A DNA stretch of 56,121 bases from an uncultured virus (IMG/VR IMGVR_UViG_3300044530_000636) (Duplodnaviria; Heunggongvirae; Uroviricota; Caudoviricetes). The DNA is taken from the IMG/VR virus record IMGVR_UViG_3300044530_000636. The stretch is one strand, 5' to 3'. Below the pieces are notes generated by a model, which saw nothing but the letters and a program-made list of their open reading frames with translations, searched no databases and was not told the DNA's origin. Shown here one piece after another: positions 40,152 through 48,111 of this stretch. The position numbers and the translations under genes are program-made. The stretch's first letter is position 1; each line of letters starts with the position of its first letter.

Positions 40152-41018
40152 ATGGAAATTCAGATCCCTATTGAAAAATTGAGAGAGCGTGGTCTATTCG
40201 TCGCCACGCCAATGTATGGTGGACAGTGTGCAGGTATGTTCGCAAAGTCGTCAGCTGACTTGTCTGCTTTGTGCACACAGTATGGTATTCCTCTACAGTT
40301 TTATTATTTGTTTAATGAATCACTAATTCCTCGTGCACGTAACTATTGTTGTGACGAGTTTATGCGTTCCAATATGCAGCACATGATGTTTATTGATGCT
40401 GACATCGGATTCAATCCACAGGACGTCATTGCGCTTATGGCTCTTCAGGTTCAGGAAGAAGATAAGTATGACATCATTGGCGGACCATATCCAAAGAAGT
40501 GTATTTCTTGGGAAAAGGTTAAGCACGCTGTTGATAAGGGTGTTGCTGACGAAGATCCAAACGTCCTTGAAAAGTTCGTTGGCGATTATGTCTTCAATCC
40601 AAAGGGTGGGCAGCAGTCTATTCCTCTTAGCGAACCAGTAGAAGTTCTTGAAATTGGAACTGGCTTCATGATGGTTTCTAAGAAGGCAATGCAGAAGTTT
40701 GTCGATTCTTATCCAGAATATAATTATAAACCAGATCATGTCCGTACTGAACACTTTGATGGCACTCGTGAAATCATGATGTTCTTTCAGGCAGAGATCG
40801 ATCCTAAGTCTAAGCGTTATCTTTCAGAAGATTATTGGTTCTGTCAGAAGGCTCAGGAAATTGGACTGCGTACATGGTTCTGTCCATGGATGAAGATGCA
40901 GCACGTAGGCACCTATATCTTTGGTGGTTCGTTGGCTGATCTTGCTTCAGTTGGTGCTTCTGCGACCGCCGATCCAGGTGCACTTGGTAAGTATAAAGAC
41001 AAAGGCAAAAAGAAGTAA
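40152..41018 (+). CDS. GT-A fold glycosyltransferase-like protein
   Basis: VATPMYGG, ESLIPRARN, MFIDADI (DxD), IGTGFMM, LSEDYWFC, HVG. Confidence 0.75.
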   Translation: MEIQIPIEKLRERGLFVATPMYGGQCAGMFAKSSADLSALCTQYGIPLQFYYLFNESLIPRARNYCCDEFMRSNMQHMMFIDADIGFNPQDVIALMALQVQEEDKYDIIGGPYPKKCISWEKVKHAVDKGVADEDPNVLEKFVGDYVFNPKGGQQSIPLSEPVEVLEIGTGFMMVSKKAMQKFVDSYPEYNYKPDHVRTEHFDGTREIMMFFQAEIDPKSKRYLSEDYWFCQKAQEIGLRTWFCPWMKMQHVGTYIFGGSLADLASVGASATADPGALGKYKDKGKKK

Positions 41019-41032
41019 GTGGAGATTATATA

Positions 41033-41686
41033 ATGAAGATTGATACTAATACAGTAAATGTTTTGAAGAACTTCTCAAAGATTAATCCTTCGATTGTTGT
41101 TCAGCAGGGTAATGTTCTTAAGACCATTTCCCCAAATAAGACCATTATGGCAAAGGCTACTGTTCCGACAGAGTTTACTAAGAAGTTTGCCATCTATGAT
41201 CTTAACCAGTTCCTTTCTAGCCTGAGTCTATACAATGACCCAGATCTAGAAATCGATGAGACTTTTGTTTATATGAAGGACTCTTCTTCGGAACAGGGCA
41301 AGTTCCTTCTTGCTGACGAGAGCACAATCACTAAGGCTCCAGAGAAGGATATTAACATTCCATCAACGGATGTTACCTTTACTCTAAAGAACGAAGATCT
41401 TAATAAGGTCGAGAAGGCTGCTGGTGTTTTGAGTCTGCCAGAAATCGTTGTTGCTGGTGACGGCAAGACTGTTTTCCTAAAGGCAGCTAACTCAAAGAAT
41501 CCAGGTAATGAGTTTTCTCTACCAATTGGAGAAACTACAAAGACTTTTAACGCAGTCTTTAAGTTTGAGAACATTAAGATTCTTCCTGGTGATTATGAGG
41601 TCACCATTTCAGCACGAGGTATTTCTAAGTTCATTGGTAAGGACGTGGAATACTTTATTGCAGTTGAGCAGCACTCAACATTCTAA
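41033..41686 (+). CDS. gp45: Sliding clamp
   Basis: LKNFSKINPSI, FAIYDLNQFL, ENIKILPGDYEV, YFIAVE. Confidence 0.92.
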   Translation: MKIDTNTVNVLKNFSKINPSIVVQQGNVLKTISPNKTIMAKATVPTEFTKKFAIYDLNQFLSSLSLYNDPDLEIDETFVYMKDSSSEQGKFLLADESTITKAPEKDINIPSTDVTFTLKNEDLNKVEKAAGVLSLPEIVVAGDGKTVFLKAANSKNPGNEFSLPIGETTKTFNAVFKFENIKILPGDYEVTISARGISKFIGKDVEYFIAVEQHSTF

Positions 41687-41693
41687 TTTGAAT

Positions 41694-41718
41694 GGGGAGC
41701 TTCGGCTCCCCTCTTTTT
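41694..41718 (+). terminator. Rho-independent terminator with UUCG tetraloop
   Basis: GGGGAGC-TTCG-GCTCCCC-TCTTTTT, same core as the gp23 terminator. Confidence 0.85.
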
Positions 41719-41737
41719 GATATGATGGAGTTATATT

Positions 41738-42028
41738 ATGAAAATGCCAAAACGCCCAAAGAACGGCGTTGTTACTAGAAAGACTGCTGATGATCTAGCT
41801 ACCACGACTATCTTTGGAACTAAAGAAGTTGTAAAGTTGAGATGTGTCACTTGTGGGAAATTGAAATTAAAATCAGAATTCTATCTTGAATCAAAGAGTA
41901 AAAGAAAATACGAAAATCAAGTTAGAAAGCAGTGCGTGATTTGTTGGGACGAACATAATGGTTATATGGGCGCTCCGAGAAATGTTTCTGGTAATACTAT
42001 TGTTATGTTTTGTGAAGAGGTAAAGTAA
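41738..42028 (+). CDS. Zinc-binding hypothetical protein
   Basis: CVTC..SEFY..CVIC. Confidence 0.55.
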   Translation: MKMPKRPKNGVVTRKTADDLATTTIFGTKEVVKLRCVTCGKLKLKSEFYLESKSKRKYENQVRKQCVICWDEHNGYMGAPRNVSGNTIVMFCEEVK

Positions 42029-42966
42029 TGAACGAAGAATTTCTTTGGGTTGAAAAGTATCGTCCAAAAACTATCGAAGATACTATTCTTCCATGTGACT
42101 TGAAAGCAACATTCCAACAGTTTGTTGATCAAAAGAATATCCCCAATTTGATTTTGTCTGGTACAGCAGGTGTTGGTAAGACAACTGTTGCACGTGCCAT
42201 GCTTGAACAATTGGGTTGTGATTATATCGTAATTAATGGATCTATGAATGGAAACATCGACACACTCAGAAACGAAATCCTTAACTTTGCCAGCAGCGTA
42301 TCTCTTTCAGGTGGAAGGAAATATGTCATCCTTGACGAAGCGGATTATCTTAATGCCAATTCTACTCAACCCGCACTTCGAAATTTTATGGAGGAATTCT
42401 CGAGGAATTGCGGCTTCATTCTCACCTGTAATTTTAAAAACCGCATCATTGACCCTCTCCATTCCAGATGCTCGGTAATTGATTTTAAGATCAGCAAGAA
42501 AGCTATTGCTAAACTTGCCACGCAGTTCTTCAAGCGTGTTACTTTTATTCTAGAATCAGAAGGCATTGAATTCGATCAGAAGGTTGTTGCCGAAGTAATC
42601 AATAAGCACTTCCCAGATTGGCGTCGTGTTCTTAACGAGCTTCAGCGTTATTCAGCAACAGGTAAGATTGATTCTGGTATTCTTGTAAACCTTCAAGAAA
42701 CTTCAATCAAGGAATTGGTTGGGCTTCTAAAGGAACAGAACTATACTGAGATCCGTAAGTGGGCGAAGAACAACATCGATACAGATGTTAATGCTCTCTA
42801 TAATCAGTTCTATGAGATCTCTTCTGATATTTGTTCAAAGAATACAGCGCCTGTTCTTGTGCTTAATCTTGCCAAGTATCAGTATCAGAACGCTTTCGCT
42901 GCCAATCCAGAAATTAACTTCGTAGCATTCTTAGTTGAAATAATGATCAACTGCGAGTTTGTGTAA
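42028..42966 (+). CDS. gp44: Clamp loader large subunit
   Basis: LWVEKYRP, GTAGVGKTT, ILDEADYL, LHSRC. Confidence 0.95.
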   Translation: MNEEFLWVEKYRPKTIEDTILPCDLKATFQQFVDQKNIPNLILSGTAGVGKTTVARAMLEQLGCDYIVINGSMNGNIDTLRNEILNFASSVSLSGGRKYVILDEADYLNANSTQPALRNFMEEFSRNCGFILTCNFKNRIIDPLHSRCSVIDFKISKKAIAKLATQFFKRVTFILESEGIEFDQKVVAEVINKHFPDWRRVLNELQRYSATGKIDSGILVNLQETSIKELVGLLKEQNYTEIRKWAKNNIDTDVNALYNQFYEISSDICSKNTAPVLVLNLAKYQYQNAFAANPEINFVAFLVEIMINCEFV

Positions 42967-43463
42967 TGTCTAAGAAGTTCGTCAACGTATTGGGAGAAGA
43001 AAGAGATTTCGAGAAAGAAGCAGTAGGATTCTTTGGTAATTGGGCCAAATGGGCAGAGGAACAGAAGCAACCCAAACCGAGGTATGATTGGCGTTATGAA
43101 AATTCAATTACGAGTGGGAAGAAGGTCGAACTTGACGGTGATTATAGTCAATGGAGAACCAATAACATACTTTCTAATTACAAGGAGTTAATATTTTACA
43201 CCAATGAAATGAATTGTCATTATGGCGTAACAGATCAAATGCATTATGACTACTTGTATAATAGTATTCGTAAAACAAAACGTTGGTCAAAAGCAGAAAC
43301 CAAGGAAGAAAAGAAAGCCAGAGAGAAGAAAGAAGCACTAATAGACCTTATTTCCACCCATTATAAATATAACGCAATCCGTGCAAAAGAAGCATTGAAA
43401 GTTTTAACGGAGGCGCAAATTAATGAAATAAAGAAAAAACAAGAAAAAGGTGGAATGAAATGA
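42966..43463 (+). CDS. gp62: Clamp loader small subunit
   Basis: NEMN..QMHYDYLYNSIRK.KRWSK, YKYN..AKEAL; between gp44 and regA. Confidence 0.85.
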   Translation: MSKKFVNVLGEERDFEKEAVGFFGNWAKWAEEQKQPKPRYDWRYENSITSGKKVELDGDYSQWRTNNILSNYKELIFYTNEMNCHYGVTDQMHYDYLYNSIRKTKRWSKAETKEEKKAREKKEALIDLISTHYKYNAIRAKEALKVLTEAQINEIKKKQEKGGMK

Positions 43464-43861
43464 ACGAACTCTTAGACTCTCTTGTAGAAGTCAAAATTGC
43501 AGAAGAAGAAGACTTCTTGAAGATTAAAGAGACGCTCACTCGTATTGGTGTCGCTTCTCGCAAGGAAAGAAAACTATATCAATCTTGTCATATTTTTCAT
43601 AAGCAAGGTAGATATTACATTGTGCACTTTAAGGAAATGTTTTTGATCGACGGTAAACCATCAGACTTCTCAGAAGAAGATAAAGGTCGTCGTAATAAAA
43701 TTGCCATGTTACTACAGGACTGGGGACTACTTAAAGTAGTAGAACCAGATCGCATAGGCGAACCACAAGCATCGATGAGTCAGATTAAGATTATCAATCA
43801 TAAAGAAAAGCATGATTGGACTCTAGAAGCCAAGTATAACATGGGTCGTAAGAAAAAGTAA
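43460..43861 (+). CDS. regA: Translational repressor
   Basis: DFLKIKETLTRIGVAS..LYQSCHI.HKQGRYYIVHFKE. Confidence 0.95.
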   Translation: MNELLDSLVEVKIAEEEDFLKIKETLTRIGVASRKERKLYQSCHIFHKQGRYYIVHFKEMFLIDGKPSDFSEEDKGRRNKIAMLLQDWGLLKVVEPDRIGEPQASMSQIKIINHKEKHDWTLEAKYNMGRKKK

Positions 43862-43877
43862 TTGAAGGGATTATATT

Positions 43878-44216
43878 ATGTGGCCGTTTAAAATTGAGAA
43901 AAGACCAAACACTCCGGCAGAAGAAAAGCTCGAGCAAATTAAACAGATTCTATTTCCTCCATGTAAACTTATGGAAGATATGGATGAAGGCGGAGAGTTT
44001 CATAAATGGCAAGTGGATTACTCTGCTGATTTAAATTTAAATGCTGCTTTGATCGATCTTCAAGAAGGTCATAATGATAAGGCGGTTCACAATACCATTA
44101 CTGATATTGAAGATCGTCTTATTAAAGTCAGGGATATTCTCGACGAGCATATGCAGATAAGTAAAGAAGCAGAATATATTGTCGTAGAGAACTTGAAGGA
44201 AGAGGTTGATGAGTGA
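43878..44216 (+). CDS. Hypothetical protein
   Basis: 112-aa ORF with RBS, in operon. Confidence 0.55.
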   Translation: MWPFKIEKRPNTPAEEKLEQIKQILFPPCKLMEDMDEGGEFHKWQVDYSADLNLNAALIDLQEGHNDKAVHNTITDIEDRLIKVRDILDEHMQISKEAEYIVVENLKEEVDE

Positions 44217-44415
44217 CAAAGTATTCAGCAACGGCGAAACATTTGTGAAAATGTCGGATCTACTTCCGTTAGTGATAGAGGCTGTTGTCGATTCTAGATT
44301 TAAATATCTTAAAGAATTAGAATACGAAAATCATCGTCATGCGAGAAAAATTCTCGACGAAGAATATAAACCAGCTGTTGAAAAATTAAAACAGATCATA
44401 GAAATATTGACGTGA
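44206..44415 (+). CDS. Hypothetical protein
   Basis: 69-aa ORF overlapping both neighbours. Confidence 0.5.
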   Translation: MMSDKVFSNGETFVKMSDLLPLVIEAVVDSRFKYLKELEYENHRHARKILDEEYKPAVEKLKQIIEILT

Positions 44416-45140
44416 TAAAAATAAAAGAATCGTTCGATGACAAATCGAAAACATATAACAAATATTATGTTTTTGACGAACAGATATATGAAAAAGAATT
44501 ATTCGGCGATCAATATAGAAATGAAATGGGGAACCATTGGGATTTAGATGGCGAAAAACAATTAAATATGTTGATAGATAATGGCCTGAAAAAAGATATG
44601 AATTTTTTGGAGATTGGCTGCGGGTATATGAGGGCAGGATCTCACATAATAAATTTTTTAGATCCGTTTAAATATTATGGAATAGACGTAAATAAAAAAT
44701 CTCTAATAATAGGTGTGAACAACGAGTTATATAAAAAAGGTTTAATAGATAAAATAACAGAAAACAATTTTTTAGCTACTGATAATTTTCATATCAACAA
44801 TTTCGATATAAAATTTGACATGGCTCTGGCAAATTCGGTTTTCACTTTTTTGCCTATAGAAAAATTAAAAATGTTTTTGAAAGATTCTTATAATAGCTTT
44901 AACGAAAAATCTAAAATCATTATATCTTTTTGGATCGTTGAAGATTCTTTTGATACATCTAAACCTTTTGAGTTTTCAGAAGAGAACTATTTCTCAAGAA
45001 CAACATATTATAACAGACCACCATATTATACAAAGATTTCGGATATTGAAAAAAGTTGCGATGGGCTTTGGAAATTCAAACAAATAAACGTTTTTCGATA
45101 CCAATTAGGACAATCTTTTTTCTTGTTTGAAAGATTGTAA
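44412..45140 (+). CDS. Class I SAM-dependent methyltransferase
   Basis: FLEIGCGYMR motif I, YYGIDV, FDMALANSVFT. Confidence 0.8.
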   Translation: MIKIKESFDDKSKTYNKYYVFDEQIYEKELFGDQYRNEMGNHWDLDGEKQLNMLIDNGLKKDMNFLEIGCGYMRAGSHIINFLDPFKYYGIDVNKKSLIIGVNNELYKKGLIDKITENNFLATDNFHINNFDIKFDMALANSVFTFLPIEKLKMFLKDSYNSFNEKSKIIISFWIVEDSFDTSKPFEFSEENYFSRTTYYNRPPYYTKISDIEKSCDGLWKFKQINVFRYQLGQSFFLFERL

Positions 45141-45172
45141 TTTTCTAATTTTGTAGTAGAATAGAAATTCGA

Positions 45173-45604
45173 TTGGAGATTTCTATGTCTATGCATATCT
45201 TACCTGCTTATTATACCACGACTGTTAGTAAACGTAAGCTCAACCGTAAGAGTAAGGCTAAGACTAAGCTAGTCTCTGACCACGATAGGTGGTTGTTATC
45301 GAAGGGTCTTCATCCCGATCAGATAAAGTTGAAAAAAGGTGTTGACAAAAACTGGAAAAAGAAGTATACTGAGGATATGAAGGTTGATCGTGAGGGTTAC
45401 GTTTCCTCAGGTTTGTCAGGTTCTAAGTCTGCCTGTGCTAAACGGGACATCATGACCAACCTTCATAAAGAACCAGAGCATGTTCAGAAGGAAATTCTGA
45501 AGAAGGCTAGTCTAGTTATGCCGCTCTATAACAAGGGCGGTCTGCAGTATGCTGGTCCAGACGTAGATCTTACTACTGTTGGATCAAAATCTCGAAGAGG
45601 ATGA
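45173..45604 (+). CDS. Hypothetical basic protein
   Basis: K/R-rich; PLYNKGGLQY motif. Confidence 0.55.
   Translation: MEISMSMHILPAYYTTTVSKRKLNRKSKAKTKLVSDHDRWLLSKGLHPDQIKLKKGVDKNWKKKYTEDMKVDREGYVSSGLSGSKSACAKRDIMTNLHKEPEHVQKEILKKASLVMPLYNKGGLQYAGPDVDLTTVGSKSRRG
45342..45370 (+). promoter_or_regulatory. Sigma70-like promoter (intragenic)
   Basis: TTGACA-N17-TATACT. Confidence 0.55.
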
Positions 45605-45612
45605 CTAAATAG

Positions 45613-45813
45613 ATGGCTACGAATATTAAACTTTCAGAAGTATTCATGAATGTTTCAGAGGGTATCACACTCAATCGTTATGAGAACGGTTGGATGGTGG
45701 AGGTCTCTGGCAACGATCACGACGATCGGTGGCAGAATAAAAAGTTTATCTTCTCTGATCTAAAATCAGTGTTGACTTTTGTGGAAGAATATAGTAAGAT
45801 TAATCTATCCTAA
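45613..45813 (+). CDS. Hypothetical protein
   Basis: 66 aa; RYENGWMVEVSG. Confidence 0.55.
   Translation: MATNIKLSEVFMNVSEGITLNRYENGWMVEVSGNDHDDRWQNKKFIFSDLKSVLTFVEEYSKINLS
45772..45800 (+). promoter_or_regulatory. Sigma70-like promoter
   Basis: TTGACT-N17-TAAGAT upstream of the ORF at 45826. Confidence 0.5.
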
Positions 45814-45825
45814 GAGGAGAAAACG

Positions 45826-46008
45826 ATGAGTGGTATGGGAAATATCTACATCCAGAGACAAGATGATACTGGTAACTGGAGAACCTATACTGTTACATCT
45901 AATAATGATTTGCTGATTATTTCGGCAATGAAAAGCCTCAAAGATCAGTTTCCGGACAGTCGTGTCCGTGCTATCGATGAGAAGGGTATGTTAGTTAACA
46001 TAATTTGA
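45826..46008 (+). CDS. Hypothetical protein
   Basis: 60 aa, GAGGAG RBS. Confidence 0.55.
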   Translation: MSGMGNIYIQRQDDTGNWRTYTVTSNNDLLIISAMKSLKDQFPDSRVRAIDEKGMLVNII

Positions 46009-46031
46009 CTTGAGAAAGAAAGAGGTATATA

Positions 46032-46295
46032 ATGGTTCAGAATGCAACTCAGCTAGATAAGGTTTTCGAGGCTCTTGTTAATCGTGGCGAGGAACTTACT
46101 GCAGCGCAGATTAAGGCTCGTTATGGTGCAGGCAATCCGCACGATCTTGTCTATAAGATTCGTCAGATGGGTTATGCTATCTATCTAAACGAATCGAAGA
46201 ATTCAAAGGGCGAAACTGTCGCTAAGTATCGCTGTGGTAAACCAAGCCGCAAGATTATCGCTGCTGGTTATCGAGCGTTGGCCGCTGGTCTCTGA
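46032..46295 (+). CDS. Hypothetical protein, possible winged helix-turn-helix
   Basis: GEELTAAQI..V.KIRQMGYAIY; GAGG RBS. Confidence 0.55.
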   Translation: MVQNATQLDKVFEALVNRGEELTAAQIKARYGAGNPHDLVYKIRQMGYAIYLNESKNSKGETVAKYRCGKPSRKIIAAGYRALAAGL

Positions 46296-46300
46296 TTAAT

Positions 46301-46330
46301 AGAGGGGCGGTCCTAGTGGCCGCCTTTTTT
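46301..46330 (+). terminator. Rho-independent terminator
   Basis: GGCGGTC-ctagt-GGCCGCC-TTTTTT. Confidence 0.75.
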
Positions 46331-46332
46331 AT

Positions 46333-46412
46333 GGGAGTGTGTGTCCGGAATTGGTTACGGCAAGGTCTGCAAAACCTAAAATATGTGGGTTCGAGTCCCA
46401 TCACTCCCTCCA
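46333..46412 (+). tRNA. tRNA-Cys(GCA)
   Basis: GGGAGTG/CACTCCC acceptor, CT-GCA-AA loop, GTTCGA, U73-CCA. Confidence 0.85.
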
Positions 46413-46420
46413 AAAAGTTG

Positions 46421-46449
46421 TTGACTTCTTCGGAAGTTTAGGTTATAAT
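46421..46449 (+). promoter_or_regulatory. Sigma70-like promoter for tRNA array segment 1
   Basis: TTGACT-N17-TATAAT. Confidence 0.75.
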
Positions 46450-46453
46450 GAAT

Positions 46454-46598
46454 ATATAATGCTTAGATAGGTACAGGCTCGTGCGAGCAAGGCGCCAGTA
46501 AATACTGATGCTCAAACCTTGTATCTTTATCCGTGGGCTCTGGTTGCAACCATCTCCGTCCGAGATATAGTAAACCTGTATCTTTCTAAGTGTTATAT
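46454..46598 (+). ncRNA. Candidate structured ncRNA A
   Basis: About 23-bp closing stem (ATATAATGCTTAGA.AGGTACAGG / CCTGTATCT.TCTAAGTGTTATAT, with G-U pairs) between the promoter and tRNA-Ile. Confidence 0.55.
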
Positions 46599-46673
46599 TG
46601 TTCCATAGCACAACGGTTAGTGCAAACGACTGATAATCGTTAGATCTAAGTTCGATTCTTAGTGGAACAACCA
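46599..46673 (+). tRNA. tRNA-Ile(GAT)
   Basis: TGTTCCA/TGGAACA, AACGA-CTGATAA-TCGTT, CCA. Confidence 0.9.
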
Positions 46674-46747
46674 AGAATACTCCCATATGCCGACCTACCA
46701 CATGCGGTTTTGGGGAAGGGCTGTGTGGTAGCAGCCCGAGAGTTTAT

Positions 46748-46822
46748 GGTCCCTTCGTCTATCGGTTAGGACATCAGACTTTCAATCTGAGAAGAGGAGT
46801 TCGATTCCCCCAGGAGTCACCA
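46748..46822 (+). tRNA. tRNA-Glu(TTC), mismatched stems (possibly degenerate)
   Basis: TCAGA-CTTTCAA-TCTGA and CCA; T-stem AGGAG/CCCCC and acceptor contain mismatches. Confidence 0.65.
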
Positions 46823-46828
46823 GTTTAT

Positions 46829-46904
46829 GGACGAGTAGCTCAGTTGGTAGAGCAGCCGACTCTTAATCGGCTTGTCGTGGGTTCGATCCCCTCCTCGTCT
46901 ACCA
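46829..46904 (+). tRNA. tRNA-Lys(CTT)
   Basis: GCCGA-CTCTTAA-TCGGC, 76 nt, CCA. Confidence 0.92.
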
Positions 46905-46999
46905 TTTGGAACATAACAACAGGACGCTGGCTCTGTGAAGTAAGATATCGGGTTGATCTCCGAGAAGGTATGGAGAGTGTTATGTTCCTACTTTATTTT

Positions 47000-47072
47000 G
47001 GACCCATAGCTCAATAGGTAGAGCAGTTGACTTTTAATCAATAGGTTCCCAGTTCAAATCTGGGTGGGTCTA
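47000..47072 (+). tRNA. tRNA-Lys(TTT), no encoded CCA
   Basis: TTGA-CTTTTAA-TCAA; GGACCCA/TGGGTCT-A followed by CAT. Confidence 0.85.
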
Positions 47073-47080
47073 CATAAGCA

Positions 47081-47129
47081 CTCCGAATCACTAAATAGCA
47101 ATGACAATAAGACTATTAGTGATTCGGAG
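47081..47129 (+). promoter_or_regulatory. RBS-sequestering hairpin containing a late-promoter-like ACTAAATA
   Basis: Perfect 14-bp stem CTCCGAATCACTAA/TTAGTGATTCGGAG covering GGAG of the Shine-Dalgarno. Confidence 0.7.
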
Positions 47130-47138
47130 GTTAGCGCA

Positions 47139-47798
47139 ATGCACTTTATTATTTATAAAGTTACAAACAAATTAAACGGTAAAGAATATACTGGAAAGCA
47201 TCAAACAGAAAACCTTAATGATGGTTATATGGGTTCCGGTAAATTAGTTAGATCTTCTATTAATAAATATGGAATTCAATTTTTTTCGAAAGAAATCTTG
47301 CATATTTTCGATAATGAAGAAGAAATGAACGCTAAAGAAAAAGAATTGGTCACAGAAGAATATTGTGATAGAACAGATACATATAATATATGTCCTGGTG
47401 GTAATGGTGGGTTTGGGTATATCAACAGAACAATAGATAGAACTTCTCTGAATAGAGAAATATCTTCTAAAAGAGACTATAAAGACGAGCAGTATAGATC
47501 TAAACTCTCTAGAAGAACTAAAGAGGGTATGAATACGCCAGAATTAAAAAAATATATTTCTGACAAATTGAAAAAACATTGGAAAGAAAATGGCCATAAT
47601 TGGGTTGGTAAATCACACAAACCAGAATCAATTGCTTTGATGAAAGAATCATCTAAGGGTAAACATGATGGTTCTAAGAACAGCCAGTATGGCACTTGTT
47701 GGATAACTAACGGTTCTATTAATAAGAAAATCAAGAAAGAAGAACTTGACTTATGGGTAGAACAAGGATATTATAAAGGTAGAAAATTGGGGGCGTAG
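47139..47798 (+). mobile_element. Free-standing GIY-YIG (Seg-like) homing endonuclease gene
   Basis: IIYKVTNKLNGKEYTGKH..DGYMGSG, YNI.PGG.GG, NUMOD3-like GKSHKPES; in a tRNA array like T4 segB. Confidence 0.85.
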
Positions 47799-47864
47799 CT
47801 CAATTGGGAGAGCGCAGCACTGTCACTGCTGAGGTAGCGAGATCGAAACTCGTCGCTCCCGCCA
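47789..47864 (+). tRNA. tRNA-Asp(GTC)
   Basis: CAGCA-CTGTCAC-TGCTG, G73-CCA. Confidence 0.9.
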
Positions 47865-47873
47865 CTTATATAT

Positions 47874-47965
47874 GGGGGATGGTGTTGGTACACAGGGAGA
47901 CCTTATAAGTCTTTCAGCGCCCGATTAGCGTTCTCGACTCGGTTCGAATCCGGGATCCCCTACCA
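47874..47965 (+). tRNA. Atypical tRNA with TAT anticodon (nominally Ile), long variable arm
   Basis: GGGGGAT/ATCCCCT-A-CCA, GGAGAC-CTTATAA-GTCTTT, 4-nt D-loop, GTTCGAAT. Confidence 0.7.
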
Positions 47966-47968
47966 AAT

Positions 47969-48058
47969 GGAGAGTTGGCTGAGTGGCCTAAAGCACTCGT
48001 TTGCTAAATGAGCGTAGGAGAAATTCTACCGTGGGTTCGAATCCCACACTCTCCGCCA
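47969..48058 (+). tRNA. tRNA-Ser(GCT)
   Basis: CTCGT-TTGCTAA-ATGAG, long variable arm, G73-CCA. Confidence 0.92.
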
Positions 48059-48067
48059 AAAAAGTTA

Positions 48068-48096
48068 TTGACTTGTTGATAAATTTTTAGTAAGAT
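48068..48096 (+). promoter_or_regulatory. Sigma70-like promoter for tRNA array segment 2
   Basis: TTGACT-N17-TAAGAT, followed by late-like ACTAAATA. Confidence 0.65.
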
Positions 48097-48111
48097 AACT
48101 AAATAGAATAC

